From contig NC_043002.1 in assembly GCF_006345805.1 (NCBI RefSeq), positions 28,830,001-28,894,000 of the forward strand: a stretch of 64,000 nt of DNA, in the 5' to 3' direction. Within the stretch, counting starts at the first letter, position 1. Each line of letters begins with the position of its first letter. This document shows positions 12,897 to 27,515 of the stretch, one piece after another. Origin of the DNA: Octopus sinensis (taxonomy: Eukaryota). The notes under the pieces were generated by a model that saw nothing but the letters and a program-made list of their open reading frames with translations, made no database searches and was not told where the DNA came from. A program made the position numbers and the translations under genes.

Positions 12897-13918
12897 ACGT
12901 GAAATTCTGTCTTTCTGGAGCCCCTGTATCTCAGTCTATATTGTCTCTACATAGACATATATATTGTTCTGGAATCAGGATGATTGCAGGATTAAAAAAT
13001 CTGCTCTTTATTTGGTTCTTCAACATCCAGCATTGGGGTCTGATTTAAAAGCATTTGGATTGCTATTTCTTGTCTGCTAGACACCATATTTGTTGGCAGT
13101 TTCCAGATGACGTCAGATATCAAGGAGAAGATGACATTCGCTTCGTTAATAATGGATATCAACTTGGGATTGGAACAATAGAATGATTGCAGTACAGAAT
13201 TGCTTCTCAATCGTCCTTAACCTCTGACCAAAATCACTGGAGCATTTAGTCGTTACAGACGTATAATAGTCATGCTATTTAGCTCCCTTTAGTTTTGCGC
13301 AGCAGGCCCAATAAGCCCTTCGCAAGAGCTATCTTAAAAGTCAACACGGACAGCGGCTTTTAATCTAGTTTCAAATAATTATAAAGAATACAGAGAGTGG
13401 TACATCATAAAATTTCTCTTTAGATTATACCATTTGTCATACAACACAATTTGTTGCGTAAATTGGCCTACACTTGTTTCCACTGGATAGATTATGTTTA
13501 GTTGCACATATAACCGCGCATAATTTCCTGTGCACATTCATTCAGGGTCCTTTAAAAAGTGTGGTTCAAACTTGAGATCTACCACGGTAACGACCTGAAT
13601 ATTAGCAAATGAAACAGTTTTAATATCAGAAGAGATAATATTTATCTCCAATAGAAACTGGAAGTTGTATTAGAACAGAGATTACTGCGTTATTTACCAT
13701 GAGCGGACCTCTCGTATGGATTCGTGGTGCATAAATTTACCCTTGCATATACATACACAGAAACACACACTCACGTGGAAACACGCATGTATGTATGTAT
13801 GTATGTATGTATGTATGTATGTATGTATGTATGTATGTACGTGTGTGTGTGTATGTATACAACTACCTAAATTTATACATATATATAGATGTGTGCGTGT
13901 GTTTGTATATATATATAG

Positions 13919-13952
<34 letters not shown>

Positions 13953-14073
13953 TATATACATATGTATATAAAGTAAAACGAACATTAAAATTAACAAAGA
14001 ACAAAACAACAAAATAACATACACATGAAATGCATGAGCTTCGCGTTCATTAGAGGTAGTAAAAAGTGTATGT

Positions 14074-14108
14074 TTTTGACGTTTCAGGAATAGGTCTTCG
14101 TCAGAAAG
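14074..14108 (-). ncRNA. Degenerate minimal hammerhead motif (family H3-like)
   Basis: Minus: CTTT-CTGACGA-AGACCTATTCCT-GAAA-CG-TC-AAAA. Canonical core and GUC site, but stem II pairs poorly. Confidence 0.45.
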
Positions 14109-14205
14109 AGGCGAAAGGAAATGACAGGCGAAGGAAAATGCCCAGGCGTATATATATATATAATATATATAATATGAAAACCAAATGTGTTTGTGTTATA
14201 CATAT

Positions 14206-14238
<33 letters not shown>

Positions 14239-14381
14239 TATTAAAAAGTTGAGTTGTGGGGTATCGCACGAGTGGGATTATATAAGAAAAAAGGTTTGAA
14301 AATGCAATTTAAACGATGTTTATTTACTTAAACGGTTTCACTCTTTGGTAAAGATTGTCAAAGTTACATTTAAGGAAACAT

Positions 14382-14515
14382 GAATAATATGGGTTCAAAA
14401 AAAGTTTTTTACATAATTGTCACATTGAATATTATGCATTCAAAAAAGTTTTTTACATAATTGTCACATTGGATATTATGAATTCAAAAAGTTTTTTATA
14501 CATAATTGTCACATT
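14382..14515. repeat. Tandem repeat, about 44 bp x3
   Basis: ttcaaaaaagttttttacataattgtcacatt recurs at about 14394, 14439 and 14483. Confidence 0.9.
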
Positions 14516-15579
14516 ACATGTATAAATATTAGTGTTTGGTAACAGAGAAGTTCAATAGTGTGATGAGAATATTTGGGAAAATTTGGCAGAAAAGGATAAA
14601 ACAAATATATTATTGGGAATTGGTTGCGTTAATTATTGGTTGTCGCAATTGTCAATTACATGTTATATATATAATTTGTATATATATTACAGCCTTTTGA
14701 CAGCAAAATAAAATGGATTTTTTATACATCTCAGAAATATTTGAAGTACAAGGTCGAGAGAGAATAGTTGTACTCAACCTCGTCGGTATTAGCCAGAAAG
14801 GCTGAACTGAACTGAGAGAACAGAAGAAGAGTAGCCATGTTGTATTATGTAGACTTCCCCTTTATGCATGAATGATTTTGGGGTGTATCAGAGAGTATGC
14901 ATTATGGGGTATCAGAGAGGTTAGTATGCACATCTATTCACACCCGCATACTAAATAGCTTATGGCGTTCGCTAAGTTGACTAACCGATTCTACCAAACA
15001 TCTCTCCAGTGGTAGATTATTCTTAGAAACCAACAACGAACTTTCTCTTGTTCGTATGACTTGTGATATAAACGTAGAAGCGGCTGAGCATTCCACGGAC
15101 ACATATCATGTTAACGTAGAAAGAAACAGTGACAGGAAAGAAGAGAGGGAATGGATCCAGTAAAAGAATGGATCCAGTAAAATAAAAATCGTGAGCGTAG
15201 GGAACGTAGGCATTCTAGTTCAGGTTCGAGGAACTCTGTCGATCTGCCGTCTTTGTACTTGGAAAGCATGTAAAGGACCTATGAAGGTTTCTCGCTTGTA
15301 GTACAGAACCTGCTACAATTTGCAAACAAACTGAAAACCGCCAATAAAAAGAACTTGTTGTGTATAGTAGTATATCATTGTTGCAAATGAATATATACAT
15401 ATATATCCATACACAATGTCCCACATAAATAGTCAGACAGTCAAACACACACACACGCGCATGTTTATATAGATGGGCGTTACATATGAACATATATGTG
15501 TGTGGTGTGTTTATATAATATATATATATATAAACACACACCACACACTATATACATAATATATATATATGATATATAT

Positions 15580-15627
<48 letters not shown>

Positions 15628-15646
15628 TATACATATATATTATATT

Positions 15647-15753
<107 letters not shown>

Positions 15754-15953
15754 ATATACACTTACACATTACCTGCGGCGCTGCGGTTAGCGTGATTGTA
15801 TTATTATAAATTTAATCAATAACAAATAGGTTTTTTTTCATATCAAATTTTGTTTCATCGTTATATTATATAAAATACATGTGTGACATGTACAATATAT
15901 ATATATATATAATATATATATAATATATATATTATATATGTGGTGTGTGTGTG

Positions 15954-15988
<35 letters not shown>

Positions 15989-16070
15989 CGCGCGTGTTTG
16001 TGTGTATCGATACAATATAAATATAGTTTTTTTTTAAATATATAGGGATATCCATACACTCATACATACA

Positions 16071-16103
<33 letters not shown>

Positions 16104-16410
16104 CATGCATACTTTCCATTTATGTTTTGTTATTACATTTTTGTAGTTCAATTCAATATGATATTAAAGCTGTGAATAGACAAGAAAGAAAATAAAGATT
16201 TCAATAATCAGCATCGTTGCTACTGTTATTTGCCAAAACCGTAAATGTCACTTGGCAGGGGGAAAAAACATGGCTGCAATGCCAGTGTAGTGTTCTGATC
16301 GGTATTGCCAGCCATTTTATATATTTTATGCAGGACTTATCTATATGTGTAGTGTTCTTTTGGTGTATGTTACCTGCATATATAAATACATATATGAATG
16401 CATATATAGA

Positions 16411-16458
<48 letters not shown>

Positions 16459-17099
16459 TATGTGTGTGTGTGTTGTGTGTGTCTGTGTGTGGTGCATGCG
16501 TGCTTACAAACTGCATACATAGATAAGAAAGTACGGATATATATATATACTTATATATGTATATGCATATATTTATATATATATTTCTCTGTCTCTGTCT
16601 GCTTGACTCTCTCTTTATATATATATATATACCTATATACACACACATATATATATATATAAATATAAATATATATATATACATACATACACACATACAT
16701 GCATGCATACATACATACATACGTAAATATATATATATATAATATATATATATATATATTATATATATAAATATATAATATATGTATGTGTGCGTGTGTA
16801 TGTGTGTACATATATCCACAAACATATATGTATACGTATACCATATACGGGACGGGTGCGGGGAGAGAAGTAACGGTGGTGTTGTAGCATTGTTAGATAA
16901 AAAGCTATAAATATAATGTATATTTTCGCTTAAGAATGATACGATGCTTGATAATAACCATGTTTTGGCTAAAATGTTATATATTCCGCGAGCCAGGAAT
17001 TAATAAGCATTCAGTCGTTCCATAATGATCTATTATGTCGACTGCTTCTCGAAATGGTAGGGAAAGAATGTTATATCGAATATTATTTACACACTGACA

Positions 17100-18020
<921 letters not shown>

Positions 18021-18412
18021 CATGAATAACAAAATGGCGGTGTGTGTATGATAAAGAGATATTGAATAGAGGGCGATAACCTATGGTATTTATAGGGACG
18101 CCACTGATATAGAGAAAGTTAGAAGAGACGTGACAAAGAAATTGACTTCCATGCCAGAGGCTATTAGATGTAAAGGTTATTATTAAATTTAAGTGATTGC
18201 ATTTGTATCTGTAAATACACTGCGCACACACAGCCACACACACACACGTCGCGCACGCGCACACGCACACACTCACACTCACGTACACTACACGCGCGCG
18301 TGTACACACTCACACATACATGGTTACACCTATCCATTCGTAGACGCATATACATTTGTTTGAGTGCACCTACACATAATGCATACAAACATACACATAT
18401 ACACACATACAT

Positions 18413-18443
<31 letters not shown>

Positions 18444-21119
18444 CATAGATATATTAATATATTAATATACGTATGGGTACATACATATAATATATATACA
18501 CATATTTATGTATACATACTTATTATGTATATATACATATATATATATATACAACAATATATATATATATGTATGTATGTGTGTATATATGCATATATAT
18601 GTATGTATGTATATATATTATATATGTAGATATAGATTTTTATACATACACATATGTATGTATATATATATATATATATGTATGTATATGTATGTATATG
18701 TATGTATGTATATGTGTATTACTTCACAACCGCATATATTTTCTCACGATGTGTCAGTGTATCAGTATTCGTGCGTGCATGCGTGTGCGTATGTGTGTGT
18801 TTGTATATAAATATTTATATATTAGTATTATTTATAATAAATCTTCGATTCTTTCTGTATGCATGGTCATGTGTGTAGGAGCGAATGTATGCATATATAT
18901 GTATGTAGATGCATATGTGTATGTATGCGTATATGAATGGATGTGTTCACAGAGCGATGAAATCTAGGCAAGCTGCGAAGTGGCTGTCGAGTGGCGACAG
19001 AGAAAAAGTTAAAAACGAGCCTGAGGGCTGATATGATTACAGAGAAAGAGGCATAATGAAAGAATGAAAGAAAGAACATGTGATATGAGGAGCATAGGAG
19101 GAAGGGAGTGGATGACGATCAGGGACAAATGAGAGAGAGGGGGGAGAGGGAGAGAGGGGAAAAGAGAGAGAGAGGGAGACTGATTGAAGTGAAAGATTGC
19201 TTGAAGTGAGAGAAAGTGGTAGATGGGGAGTAGGAAAAATGGGAGTTGTGTGTTTGTGTGAGTGTGTGGGTGAGCGTTAGTGTGGTGTGTATAGGCGACA
19301 TATTGAAAATGGAAATGAAAAGAGTAAACAGATAGCGAGTTAGCAAAGGGAGCGTGAATGTGATAAGTAAGTAAGCAGATTATTTACGGAGTTGTCCAGC
19401 ATGTCAGAGATGTCAGCGCCATTGTGATGAGACACAAAGGCAAGTGAGATGCATTAGAGGCGAAACAATAGAAGAGAGGTCAAAAGTGTATTGACAGAAA
19501 CCAATGGAGTATGTAACGAAATTAGTAATTACGGTGGTTTTACTAGCGCTACGGAGCCGGGGAAACGAAATCATAAATGTCCCCAGACAATGATAATAAT
19601 AACTGTAAATATTTCCAAAACTGGATGGAAGCATAATAGGAGAATTGGCGCAATGGTAAGAGTGGCAGATTAAATGAATAATGCCTTCTGGTGTTTTAGT
19701 TACGTCCTTTATTTGCGAGGCTCAAATCGAGCCAAGATTGATTCTGATTGCTATTCTTTGTGGTAGATATAATATACCTGTAATGTACTGATGTCACCGC
19801 AATAGATTTACTTCTCTTTCCTATAGACTAATGATTGTGTCATTGGCAGAAATCTACCTTTCTGACACTCAGTGGTCATCTAATGGTACGGTAAATGACT
19901 TGTAGTATTTATTTATTTTTGGATCTTTTCAGTTTGAAGGCCAGATTTTCCTAGTTAACTAAACAATTTGAAACTTCGTATACTGGTAGAATGTGTCAAA
20001 AGAAAACATAATTGTAAACCCAAATGAAAACGGAATTGTAATTTCTAAGGTTAACGTTGTTTAATAATTCGAATTTTAACCAATGCTATTCTTTCTTTCG
20101 ACCTCATATTATTTACTGCCTCTCAAAATATTGTTACTGTGACGTAAACAGCTATTTTGTCACGTAGTTAACGTAAACATGTAAACAGACCTAGAGATTC
20201 GTTTGTAACGTAAACATCCGCTCATCGTAAATAGCTAAATTCGCTTGGCATCGTACACAGCTTTTTCAGTTCCCTAGAATTATATTTGAAAGAAAATAAA
20301 AAGAAAAAGATTCATACGCATAAATATCCATCCTTAGACATCAGAAAATGAGTGTTTAAATTATTTTCCATTGTTTGCATTGCTTACACACACACACACA
20401 CACACACATACATACATACACACATACTAAAATTACATCGTTGGAGCAGTAATTTATTTATGTATTTTTTGTTATACAATTTATTTTAAAGCTGAATCCC
20501 TATCCTGCCATTAACCCCTTTCTTATAAAACAGTTGAAGAATCTGGGGTGTAGGTTTTGGGCCAGTATTGGAACTTTTAACTTCTTGCTCTCTATCTTAT
20601 GATCTCCGAAATTTAAGAATCTTGTGTTAACTGGGCCCTTATTATTTACTCTGACTCTGCCACCACCTCAATGTAAAGACTATCAATATCAGAATCATCT
20701 TCACAACCACCACTACAACCATTACTACAACCTCCAATGCCGCCACCACAACCATCTTCTGCAACCACAACCCCAAGATCTATACAAGCATCATATTCAA
20801 AATCACCAATCTCACCACCACTACACTCTGCAATGTCTTCAACACTACCATCCATGAGATATCCTAACATAATCAATGCTACTACTACTATCATCATCAT
20901 TATCATTATCATCCACTGCCGCCGCCACCACCACCACCACCTCTACAAAAACACCAACACTATAATTGCTGCCATCATACACATCCACTGTCACCACTAC
21001 ACCACCACCACCACTGCCATGATAACCACATCTACCACCTCCGTCACCATTGCCACCACTATCTATGAGACATCCTAAGTTAGATACTACTTTCACTTTC
21101 TAGTTGCTCTTTGAGTTTA

Positions 21120-21518
21120 TCTTTATATATAGAAGAGAGGTTGTGTGTCTGTCTCCTACGATTTAGATTCCTAACTACTCCCACATTTTGCGGTGCAGTT
21201 TAACCAAAACCGGGTATCTTATAGTCGTGATTCATATCGAGCCCTTCTGGGTATTAGCGCGCGTCTACGATGAGTCTACGATTTAAAAAAATATTTACCA
21301 TCATTTTTTTCCATTTTAATGCATTTCTTTTTGCTATTGTATAAGGGAAGTAACTCTCTAAAAATGTCTACGATGAGACAACGATTTAAAAAAAATTTAC
21401 CATTATTTTTTTCCATTTTTAATGCATTTTTTTGGCTATTTTTTGGCTATAACTTTCTAAAAATGCTTATATAGTTATTTCCCTTACAAACACGAGCAAC
21501 GCCGGGCGATACTGCTAG
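21120..21518 (+). mobile_element. Non-autonomous Helitron
   Basis: 5' TC(TTTATATATA), 3' CGCC-G-GGCG hairpin then CTAG, inserted between A and T. Homologous to 25535-25922. Confidence 0.85.
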
Positions 21519-22054
21519 TTATATCTAATCTATCTCTCTAAAAGATGCAAAGCAAGTAGCATTAAATGGTGAATGGATGTGAGCAGAAAGAGAGTAAGTT
21601 CCATTCCAGTTTACAACAATTATAGAATTATTCTCAAACCATAAATGAAGGGTGGAGAGGAGTGAAGGAGGAGTCATGTTTCCTCTGAGAGGTTACAGAA
21701 GTAATAAGCACTGAAAAGTGGAGTTCGCGTTATTATTTTTGTTTCATAGTTTACAATTATTTCTACAAATTCATTTTGACTTAACTTCAATCATGTTTAT
21801 AAACGTGACCGCTGTGCCGTCCACTATAAACATTGATTAATGTCCTATATTTCAGCGGTAGACAAACACTTCAGCATATTATTTTTTGTAGAGAGTTGCG
21901 AGGGATCATTTCTATGAACGGGGTATCTGTACAACGGATATGACTACATCATTAATTGTGGAGTCGTTTAAAAACAATGCAAGATTAAGTCAACATGGAA
22001 TTTTTGAAACAATCATAAATTGTTCTATATTTTAGAGATGAGGAATTCTGTACA

Positions 22055-22175
22055 ATATTTACATTTTTTACATTGGACGGATATTTGTCCTCATCTTGTT
22101 TGTTGCTACCACAAAATTTCGGCTGATTTACTCTCCAGCCTTCATCAGGTGTCCTGGTAGAATTTTGAATCCAAC
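22055..22175 (-). mobile_element. PLE-LTR-like repeat family H1 with mutated hammerhead (22109-22153)
   Basis: Minus: GGACAC-CTGATGA-A-GGCTG(GAGAGTAAAT)CAGCC-GAAA-TT-TT-GTGG, then the H1 tail AACAAACAAGATGAGGACAAATATCCGTC. The CG of stem III is mutated. Confidence 0.75.
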
Positions 22176-22629
22176 CCTAGGTTGTAAGGTGCCACGCAGT
22201 GTGAATGAACCCGAAACTATGTGGCTGGTATGGCCTGTCAGGGAGTCACCATTGCTTTCGCGCCTTTTACGTTCTTAGCAGTGGGAGACGTCTATATTGC
22301 TAAGAGTATAAAAAGTGTGAAACCAATGGTAACGTCCTGACTGGTCGTAAACCACAACTACATTAGATATTACTACGATATATCTAAAAAAAACATTTAC
22401 TTGTCTCAGTCATTCGACATATTCTATCGGTTAATTTCGTCGAACTTCTAATGTGCAGGGATGGAAAGGAAGTCAACAAGCGGTTGTCTGGGACAAGCAC
22501 GAAGCTAGCCCCCTCCGGCCCACAAACACGTATATACGACGGGCTTTTTCAGTTCCATCGTCCAAATCTAGTTGACCTAGTGACCAGGCAGCAAACTTCT
22601 TGTCACACAGTCACTCCTACGCCTAATAT

Positions 22630-22680
<51 letters not shown>

Positions 22681-22891
22681 ATATATACACGTCCCCGTAG
22701 CTTAGCGTTTTAAGAAAGAAAAAGAAACGAAGAATAAGTGCTAGGGTTCCAAAGAGTAAGTCCTGGGGTCGATTTTCTATAATTAAAAAACCTTCAAACT
22801 CTGCTTGTTGTTCTTTCACCTGTCTTCGTCGTTTGTTTTCTGTAAATTTGAACTACACACACGCGCGCACACTCACACACACACACACACG

Positions 22892-22922
<31 letters not shown>

Positions 22923-23389
22923 CACACAGACACATATATATATATATAGGTAAAAGATTAATGAGTGCGTGCGTTACATAAATAATATCTTCAGGATTAA
23001 ATAAAAAGTCAACAAACGGAAAATATGACATATCTATATATATATATAATTAAAAATAAACGTATTGTAAATAAACAAACGAACAGAAATTAAAAATAAA
23101 CGTATTGTAAATAAACAGGCGAACAGAAAACACACAAGGTCACAAATTCTTCATCAGTTATCAGCAAGAGGAGTCAAACGCAATTTCGGGCATAATCGAT
23201 AATATTGTTTCTTTCGCTGTTCGCAAAAAAGTTCGTATTCCATATTTTCGTATTTCGTATTTCCTGTTGTTTACCTTCTGTGACGTCCTGTACCCATATA
23301 TGCATATGTATATACATATATATGTAAGTATATACATACATACATACATACATACATACATACATACATACATACATACATACATACAT

Positions 23390-23421
<32 letters not shown>

Positions 23422-23947
23422 GACATTATCTATAAACATTACAATTGTTTCGACACATTTTTACACTTGTTCGTTGGTGAGATGTTGGGTAATCATTATC
23501 ACCAATTCAAGGTGTGAAATGCACCTTCTTTGAGTAAGACTTTATACGAGCTTTATATAGCATACTACAAGGGTTTTACCCGTATATTTACTCGCGTATG
23601 TGTGTATATGTATAAAAGCGGAGCTAGAGTACACACGAAGACAGAAAGTGTCGCTGAAGAGTTCACAGAGGTGTGACGAAAGATTTCCGGACGATAAACA
23701 TAAATTAGAATAAGAACAGTAATAAATGAGTGAAAAGGGAATTATATAGTGCGCCTGTTTATTTGGCAAAAAAGAGGGAAAAAATAACTATTTCGAAATA
23801 CAACAATATCTGTTTCAACGCACGGTTTCACATCAAGAATCTTGCAGCACACATATATAAAAGGATATATTTACAGAAAACAACAAAAGACGAAGACAGG
23901 TGCAGGAAAATAAAGCAGGTGCATTGTTTGACTGAATATATATAGAG

Positions 23948-24046
23948 AATACCAAACGAGTTCCTATGGATACCGTATTTATTACAACGAGTGGCTTGTA
24001 AACGAGTTGTAATAAATACGGTATCCATGGGAATGAGTTTGGTATT
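23948..24046. repeat. About 100-bp fold-back hairpin element
   Basis: 41-bp arms with a 23-bp perfect core atggataccgtatttattacaac / gttgtaataaatacggtatccat. Confidence 0.85.
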
Positions 24047-24142
24047 TTATTTATTACACACGAATAAACGACCATATTTTATTAACCCAATAACTAAATT
24101 CTTCACGTTTAGTTGTAACTTATGAATGACAAAAGTAGTACC

Positions 24143-24246
24143 GTCACCGTGACGTCGGGTCATCACCATGGATTGACCAATCAGAAGCAGCGCTGTCACC
24201 GTGACCTCGGGTCATCACCATGGATAGACCAATCAGAAGCAGCGCT
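24143..24246. repeat. 52-bp tandem duplication with CCAAT-box and CRE-like motifs
   Basis: Units start at 24143 and 24195 (gtcaccgtgac[g/c]tcgggtcatcaccatggat[t/a]gaccaatcagaagcagcgct). Confidence 0.9.
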
Positions 24247-24309
24247 CGCAGTATCTGACATATGTTAGATACCAAAAATATCTCAAGTGTTCTCACTCAC
24301 ATGTGTGTA

Positions 24310-24366
<57 letters not shown>

Positions 24367-24371
24367 GTAAA

Positions 24372-24449
24372 GTATAGAAGCCATCTTATCATGGCTAACC
24401 ACATTGGGGATCCCCAATGTGGTTAGCCATGATAAGATGGCTTCTATAC
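24372..24449. repeat. Perfect 78-bp spacer-less palindrome
   Basis: Two 39-bp arms are exactly reverse-complementary, centred on GGGGA|TCCCC. Confidence 0.97.
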
Positions 24450-24879
24450 ATACATTATCGAGGCGATTACTGTTTCAATCTCATTCTGAGATTTAATTAT
24501 GCTATATATATATATATATATATAATTAGAAAAAAAACACCTTTTATCAATTCATGATATATACGATTTATTTATTATTTTGCACATTACTTATCATCGG
24601 TATATTATTGTTATTTTATATTAATATTTCTATTATATGTAATTTTCTAGATGGTTGTAATTTAATTGTTCATTTTGATTGATAAAGGTTGTTTTTTTCT
24701 AATTTTTATATATATTATATTTTGTGAAATTTGATTTAGTATTTCGAAATTGAATTTTTCCTGTAAGTTATGAATAATATTCCCTCAAATTATATATTAT
24801 AATATATATATATATATATATATCTATATACACTGTATATTATGTATATATAATATATATAATTATATATATATAATAT

Positions 24880-25445
24880 AATATTAGAGACAAAACCACT
24901 ATTATGAAAAATCAACAAAGAAAGACTTAATCCAATACATAAAAAATTTATATAAATTAAATATAATTAAGATATCCACTTATATACATACATGGATATA
25001 TGTGCAGAGCATGTGTGTATATATATTTTTTTTATTTTTTGTTTTGAAATTAGCGATTTCATCTTTAAATATGAGAATTTAAATATACTAGGTTTAATTA
25101 TATACAATCGTTTATAGAGGTTATTTTAGTTCTTGATTATATATAATTTTCATTGATAATTTTATATATATTAGTCATTTCAAATTTATATCTTAAAAAT
25201 ATTGATTATATTTTAGGTCTTGAAACCACCTGATGAATGTCAATAGAAGTGACAAGAAACGATCGTAGTGGATATCTTAATTATATTTAATTTATATAAA
25301 AATTTTTATGTATTGGATAAGTCTTTCTTTGTTTGATTTGCATAATAGTGGTTTTGCCTCTAATATTATATTATTATTTTACTATAAAATTGGATTCAAT
25401 CCTAAATCTGATTTTTCCCTGTAAATTTGGATTTATTCCCTAATA
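24880..25445 (+). mobile_element. PLE-LTR-like repeat family H2 with upstream inverted partial copy
   Basis: About 24880-24980 is the reverse complement of about 25268-25375, and a hammerhead lies at 25226-25271. This inverted-partial-LTR layout is typical of Penelope insertions. Confidence 0.65.
25226..25271 (+). ncRNA. Minimal type-I hammerhead ribozyme motif (family H2)
   Basis: CCAC-CTGATGA-ATGTC(AATAGAAGT)GACAA-GAAA-CGATCG-TA-GTGG. Stem I CCAC/GTGG, stem II TGTC/GACA (closing pair A.A mismatch), self-complementary ACGATCGT stem III, GUA site. Confidence 0.75.
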
Positions 25446-25457
25446 TTTATTTATATA

Positions 25458-25496
<39 letters not shown>

Positions 25497-25534
25497 CTGT
25501 ATATATATGTGTATGTGTGTATATATTATATATA

Positions 25535-25922
25535 TCTTTATATATAAAAGTGAAGTGTGTGTCTGTCTCCTACGATTTAGATTCCTAACTACTCCCTCAT
25601 TTTGCGGTGCAGTGTAACCAAAAGGGGTATCTTATAGTTGTGATTCATATCGAGCCCTTCTGGTAATAGCGCACGTCTACGATGAGTTTAGATTTAGAAA
25701 AAAATTACCATAATTTTTTCCGCATTTTTAATGCATTTTCGCCCGGTTTATATAAGGGAAGTAACTCTCTAAAATGTATTATTAAATCTCAGAATGTAAA
25801 AGATACAGTAACACACCCCTTTGTGGTTAGCATATTGAGATGGCTATTATACTTTACATCTCTAAAATGCTTATATAGTTATTTCCCTTACAAACCTGAG
25901 CAACGCCGGGCGACACTGCTAG
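25535..25922 (+). mobile_element. Non-autonomous Helitron (same family as 21120-21518)
   Basis: A|TC start, GAGCAACGCCGGGCGACACTG-CTAG|T end, collinear body. Confidence 0.85.
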
Positions 25923-25973
25923 TACATATAATATAATATATATATATTATATATACTCTTTATCTATATATAT

Positions 25974-26071
25974 GGACAGTGAGCCCAATGGCGCCCAGAG
26001 CGAGCGCTGGTCGCCATAGCGCTCACTGTGGTCTCGTAGCCGCGGACAGTGAGCCCAATGGCGCCCAGAGC
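25974..26071. repeat. GC-rich 28-bp direct repeat (70-bp period) with internal stem-loop
   Basis: ggacagtgagcccaatggcgcccagagc at 25974 and 26044; inverted acagtgagc/gctcactgt and atggcg/cgccat. Confidence 0.8.
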
Positions 26072-26094
26072 CCAGCGCAAACACACTCCTTATA

Positions 26095-26195
26095 CCCTAA
26101 GTAAGTCATGTGTAAAATTTGAATGAAATTGGTTGTGTAGTCTCAAGTTTTAGGGAAACACACAGACAGACAGACACACATCTCAGATACATAAA
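26095..26195 (-). mobile_element. Helitron-like 5' fragment (second family)
   Basis: Reverse complement resembles 31313-31400 (tctgtctgtctgt...ccctaaaact...ccaa.ttcattcaaatttta). Confidence 0.55.
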
Positions 26196-26984
26196 AGAAT
26201 GAGTGGGTGGTGATGTTTTGTTTGTTGACCAATGTATAAGGTAGTATTGTTTTATTGTTTTAAAACGAAAGCGGCAATGTGTGTTTTCAAAAATAAAAAA
26301 GACAAACGTCCGCCAATGGGAAGACAGTTCATATTCGATTAGAGCACTCTGGGTATAATCATAAAAGTGAAAAATGGAATTTTTAGGCAAATCAAACAGT
26401 GAAAAAACAAAAACATTAAAAAAAATATAATATAGAAAATATAGAAAATATAAAATTGATAAATCTAAATTAAACTGAAAATAAAAATTATTAAATTATA
26501 TTTATACTTTGTTTAAAAATATATATAACTATGAAAAAGTATGAAAAAGTTTAATATACATGAATACAGATATATACACTTTGTATATATACATTATATA
26601 TACATATTTATATATAGAACAACACACACACACATACATTATATATACATATTTATATGTAGAACACACACACACACAGACAGATACGTATAAGAACGCC
26701 GATGTAATGGGAAGGTAAGAAACAGAGTGAGTGAAAAAGAGAGGAAATAGCGAGAGTGACAGATACTTTAAATAACAGTAGTGGAATTATCAAAGTTATA
26801 TATGAAGGGGAGTGAGAGGGTACTGGAGGAAATAGCGTGAGTGAGGAAGATGGCCCCTAGGAACCACACCTTTTAAGATAGGGATTTCTAAGGTAGCCCA
26901 CGAGCTTCGTCACCTATTTCTACATGTCCCTGTAAATTTTGGAGCGAATCGGACGGGACGTAGTGGCATTGAAAGCGATCCAAG

Positions 26985-27031
<47 letters not shown>

Positions 27032-27429
27032 TATATATATATAAAGCTGAAGGTGTTGGATATATGATATATGTATGTATGTATGTATGTGTGTGTGTGT
27101 ATACGTATGTATGTGTAGAGACGTCTTTTGGCTCCACCTGAGTTTGAAACTCAATGGGTAAATTTCCCCTAACTATAGAGCCTTATCGTTCTGTTGAGGA
27201 ACAATGTTGTTTATTCAACCGATGGCCTTCCCAACATTTGATTGATGTATTTTCCTCTTGACCCATAACCTTCTAGTTTGTAAAGGGTTTAAATAAATAA
27301 TATAAGGGATCTTTACCCTTTCAACGGCAGATCGAGAAATATATTTTTGTAACTAAAAACACTTTCAACCTTCGGACACTAACCTAACCCAAATGTGTCA
27401 TATAAACATATTTTACTTTTAATGTACTC

Positions 27430-27515
27430 TTGACCGCGGCCATGCTGGAGCATCGCCTTTATCGAGCAACTCGACCCCGGGACTTATTCTTTTTGTAAGC
27501 CCAGTACTTATTCTA
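27430..27515 (-). mobile_element. SINE tail fragment (family D-related)
   Basis: Minus: gatagaataagtactgggcttac...aataagtcccggggtcga...aaggcgatgctccagcatggccgcggtcaa; the 3' part resembles the tail of 51395-51720. Confidence 0.55.

Noticed and set aside
12900-13260. Possible degenerate LINE or exon between microsatellites
   Set aside because: All frames are interrupted and I could not match conserved motifs with confidence.
14320-14365. Minus-strand TTTGACAA-TCTTT..AAAGA-GTGAAACCG (similar patterns at about 23820-23850 and 23140-23160)
   Set aside because: May be decayed PLE hammerheads, but too many core changes to call.
21540-22050. Search for a Merlin/MULE transposase remnant inside the TIR element
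   Set aside because: No DDE motifs (e.g. IDE..WVFG..SD.W..Y..L..NHS) recognisable on either strand by eye.
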